Below are positions 62,241-64,000 of a DNA stretch of 64,000 nucleotides, one piece after another. How positions within the stretch are numbered: the first letter of the stretch is position 1; each line of letters begins with the position of its first letter. The translations under genes and the position numbers were made by a program. Under the pieces are notes generated by a model. That model was not told the origin of the DNA. It did no database searches and worked only from the letters and a program-made list of their open reading frames with translations. The DNA comes from Hypanus sabinus (lineage: Eukaryota): positions 36,022,001 through 36,086,000 of the forward strand of contig NC_082706.1 of the NCBI RefSeq assembly GCF_030144855.1, read 5' to 3'.

Positions 62241-62475
62241 CTTGAGCAGGGCACATTTACATAGTGCTTTTAACTTTGCATCTCCCATAGCTTCTAAAGT
62301 GCTCTGACCAATGTAATATGGAAAACTTGGGGTTAACCCCGTGCTGAAGACCTTGCCTTTACCTTGCTGATCCGGGGAATGAAGGGAACTTGCCAGCCTT
62401 TCACAATGATGTTTTACAACCTTTCATAGCCAAGAGTGAGGGAGACAGCCTTCTGCAGCCCAGTGGTGAATTCAG

Positions 62476-62622
62476 CAGCCGCTGACAGATTGGATGTGAC
62501 ACTTCACGTTGGAAACTGAAGTACGAGAGCTCCTCATACTGGCACAAGCCGTTGCTGGGAACCGGGGTCACAAGTGGCTAAAGGCCAAGGTGGACCTGTC
62601 CCCCAGTGGACAGGCATATTGA
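62476..62622 (+). pseudogene. Decayed MAM-domain exon (C-terminal part)
   Basis: ADRLDVTL then, after a frameshift, AVAGNRGHKWLKAKVDLSPSGQAY*, resembling MAM L.VY...GNQG..W..A.V.L. Followed by ATAAGT, a probable dead GTAAGT donor. Confidence 0.7.
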
Positions 62623-62799
62623 ATAAGTCAAGATCTGACCAATCAGAAAGAGCTGAAGGAAGAACTGGGCTGTGGGATCTGTCTCCACTGTCCTGTCTGC
62701 TCTTTCACTTTCACACTGTGCAATTTCCACAGCCGGTGAAACCTTGACAACTATCCTGAGGTGCATATTTGTACTGCCCGTGCAATCATTGAGCTTATA

Positions 62800-63330
62800 G
62801 TCAAAGTCAAGTTTATTCTCCTCTGCACTAGTCCTATTACAATCTTGCATCACAGGCACATAGCGTCAGATACGCAGCATTCACAAAAAACATTAAAACC
62901 TAAATTAAACACAAGTTGCACATAACTTTATATTAAAAAAAATACAATTAGAACAAACAAATACGAAGTCCACTTTAGTTCAAAGTAGTTATAGTGTAGT
63001 GGTTAGGGTTTTATCCATTGGTTCAAGATCTGAATGGTTGAAGGGAACTAGCTATTCTTGAACCTGGGTTTCAGGCTTCCTGCCCAGAGGTAACAGGGAG
63101 AAGATGGCGTGGACTGGATGGTGGGGACCTTTGATGAATCTTCTTGAGACAGCACCTCCTGCAGAGACCACTTTTGGTGGGGAGGGGTGTGCTCACGACA
63201 CACTGGATGGAGTCCATTATTCTCTGCAGCTTCTTGCATTCGTGCACATTTAAATTGCCGTACCAGACCATGATGCAATCAGTCAGAACATTTTTGTACA
63301 TCTTCAGATGTTTGTTAGTGTTCGACGTCT
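62800..63330 (-). mobile_element. Rex1/Babar LINE 3' portion
   Basis: VLTDCIMVWYGN...KKLQRI...RCCLKK. Confidence 0.8.
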
Positions 63331-63574
63331 CGCTGGCCCTCTTCGAGTCTAAGGTTGACCCAGTTTCAGCCTCAAGCTCAGTGCCCACATATTTGGAATG
63401 TGATAAGTTAGAAACTTTGTCCCTAAAATGTACCTTGTTCTAGAGTCGTACAGCGTAGAAACAGGCCCTATGGCCTAACTGGTCCTTGCCAACTAAGATG
63501 TTCATCCAAGTTAGTCCCATTTGCCCACATCTGACACAGTTGAAAAATCATTGATCTGAAACATTAACTAACAA

Positions 63575-63760
63575 AAATTACAAGAGGATCTCAGCAGGTG
63601 AGGCAGCTTCTATGGAGGGGAATAAGGAGTCAACGTTTCAGACCGAGACTCTTCATATTCCTCTCCATAGACGCTGCCTGACCCGCTGAGTTCCTCCAGC
63701 ATTGTGTGTGTGTGTGTGTTGCTCTGGATTTCCAGCATCTGCAGGGTCCCTTGTGTTCCT
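63575..63760. mobile_element. Penelope-derived foldback element with a (TG)n stretch
   Basis: ctcagcaggtgaggcagcttctatggagggg...ctctccatagacgctgcctgacccgctgag inverted arms. Confidence 0.7.
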
Positions 63761-64000
63761 GAGATACTAACTTCTGTTACTCTCTCCAAATGTGCTGCCT
63801 GATCTGTTACCGATCACGGCACTTTCTGCTTCAGTTTCCGTTTTGCAGTGTGTGCAGTGCTTTGTTTTTCCTGGACTACAGATTAACAGAGTTAACGGCA
63901 AGACCAGCTCATCCTTCAGAGCTGCCTGTAGGTTTGAAAGGTGCACAGTCTGGGCTAATCTTCCTTGGGGGGACAGTTTCAGATCAAATATCGAGTTGGG

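Noticed and set aside
63883-64000. Possible final MAM exon after tttttcctggactacag
   Set aside because: The acceptor looks good, but no clear VxFE...IAxDDI motif in any frame and it is truncated by the window end.

Overview
Vertebrate nuclear genomic DNA. The repeat landscape (CR1, Rex1/Babar, L2, RTE, Penelope-like elements, V-SINE/HE1-type SINEs) suggests a cartilaginous fish, probably a ray; this is an inference. Three spliced + strand genes were reconstructed by hand. (1) The 3' end of a cytosolic purine 5'-nucleotidase paralogue (NT5C2-like, most likely NT5DC4), exons 2543-2719 and 6526-6660/6702. (2) A complete 5-exon TMED4 (14551-30605, 219 aa) with a CpG/NRF1/E-box promoter and poly(A) signals near 32210. 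(3) An ovastacin (ASTL)-type astacin metalloprotease, 43840-57719, 9 exons, about 471 aa, with an intact HExxHxxGxxH motif but a Met-turn changed to SILHY. Downstream of this gene lie decayed exons encoding a hexapeptide-repeat mucin-like stalk and a MAM domain (57700-62630), suggesting an ancestral astacin-stalk-MAM protein whose C-terminal part is being lost. The rest is mostly transposon debris: a hAT/Buster fossil, a full-span decayed Tc1, a Harbinger inside a Chapaev3 inside a CR1, solo LTRs with target-site duplications, and many short Penelope-derived hairpin insertions carrying minimal hammerhead-ribozyme cores. TE boundaries are approximate unless a TSD or TIR is cited. No database searches were run.
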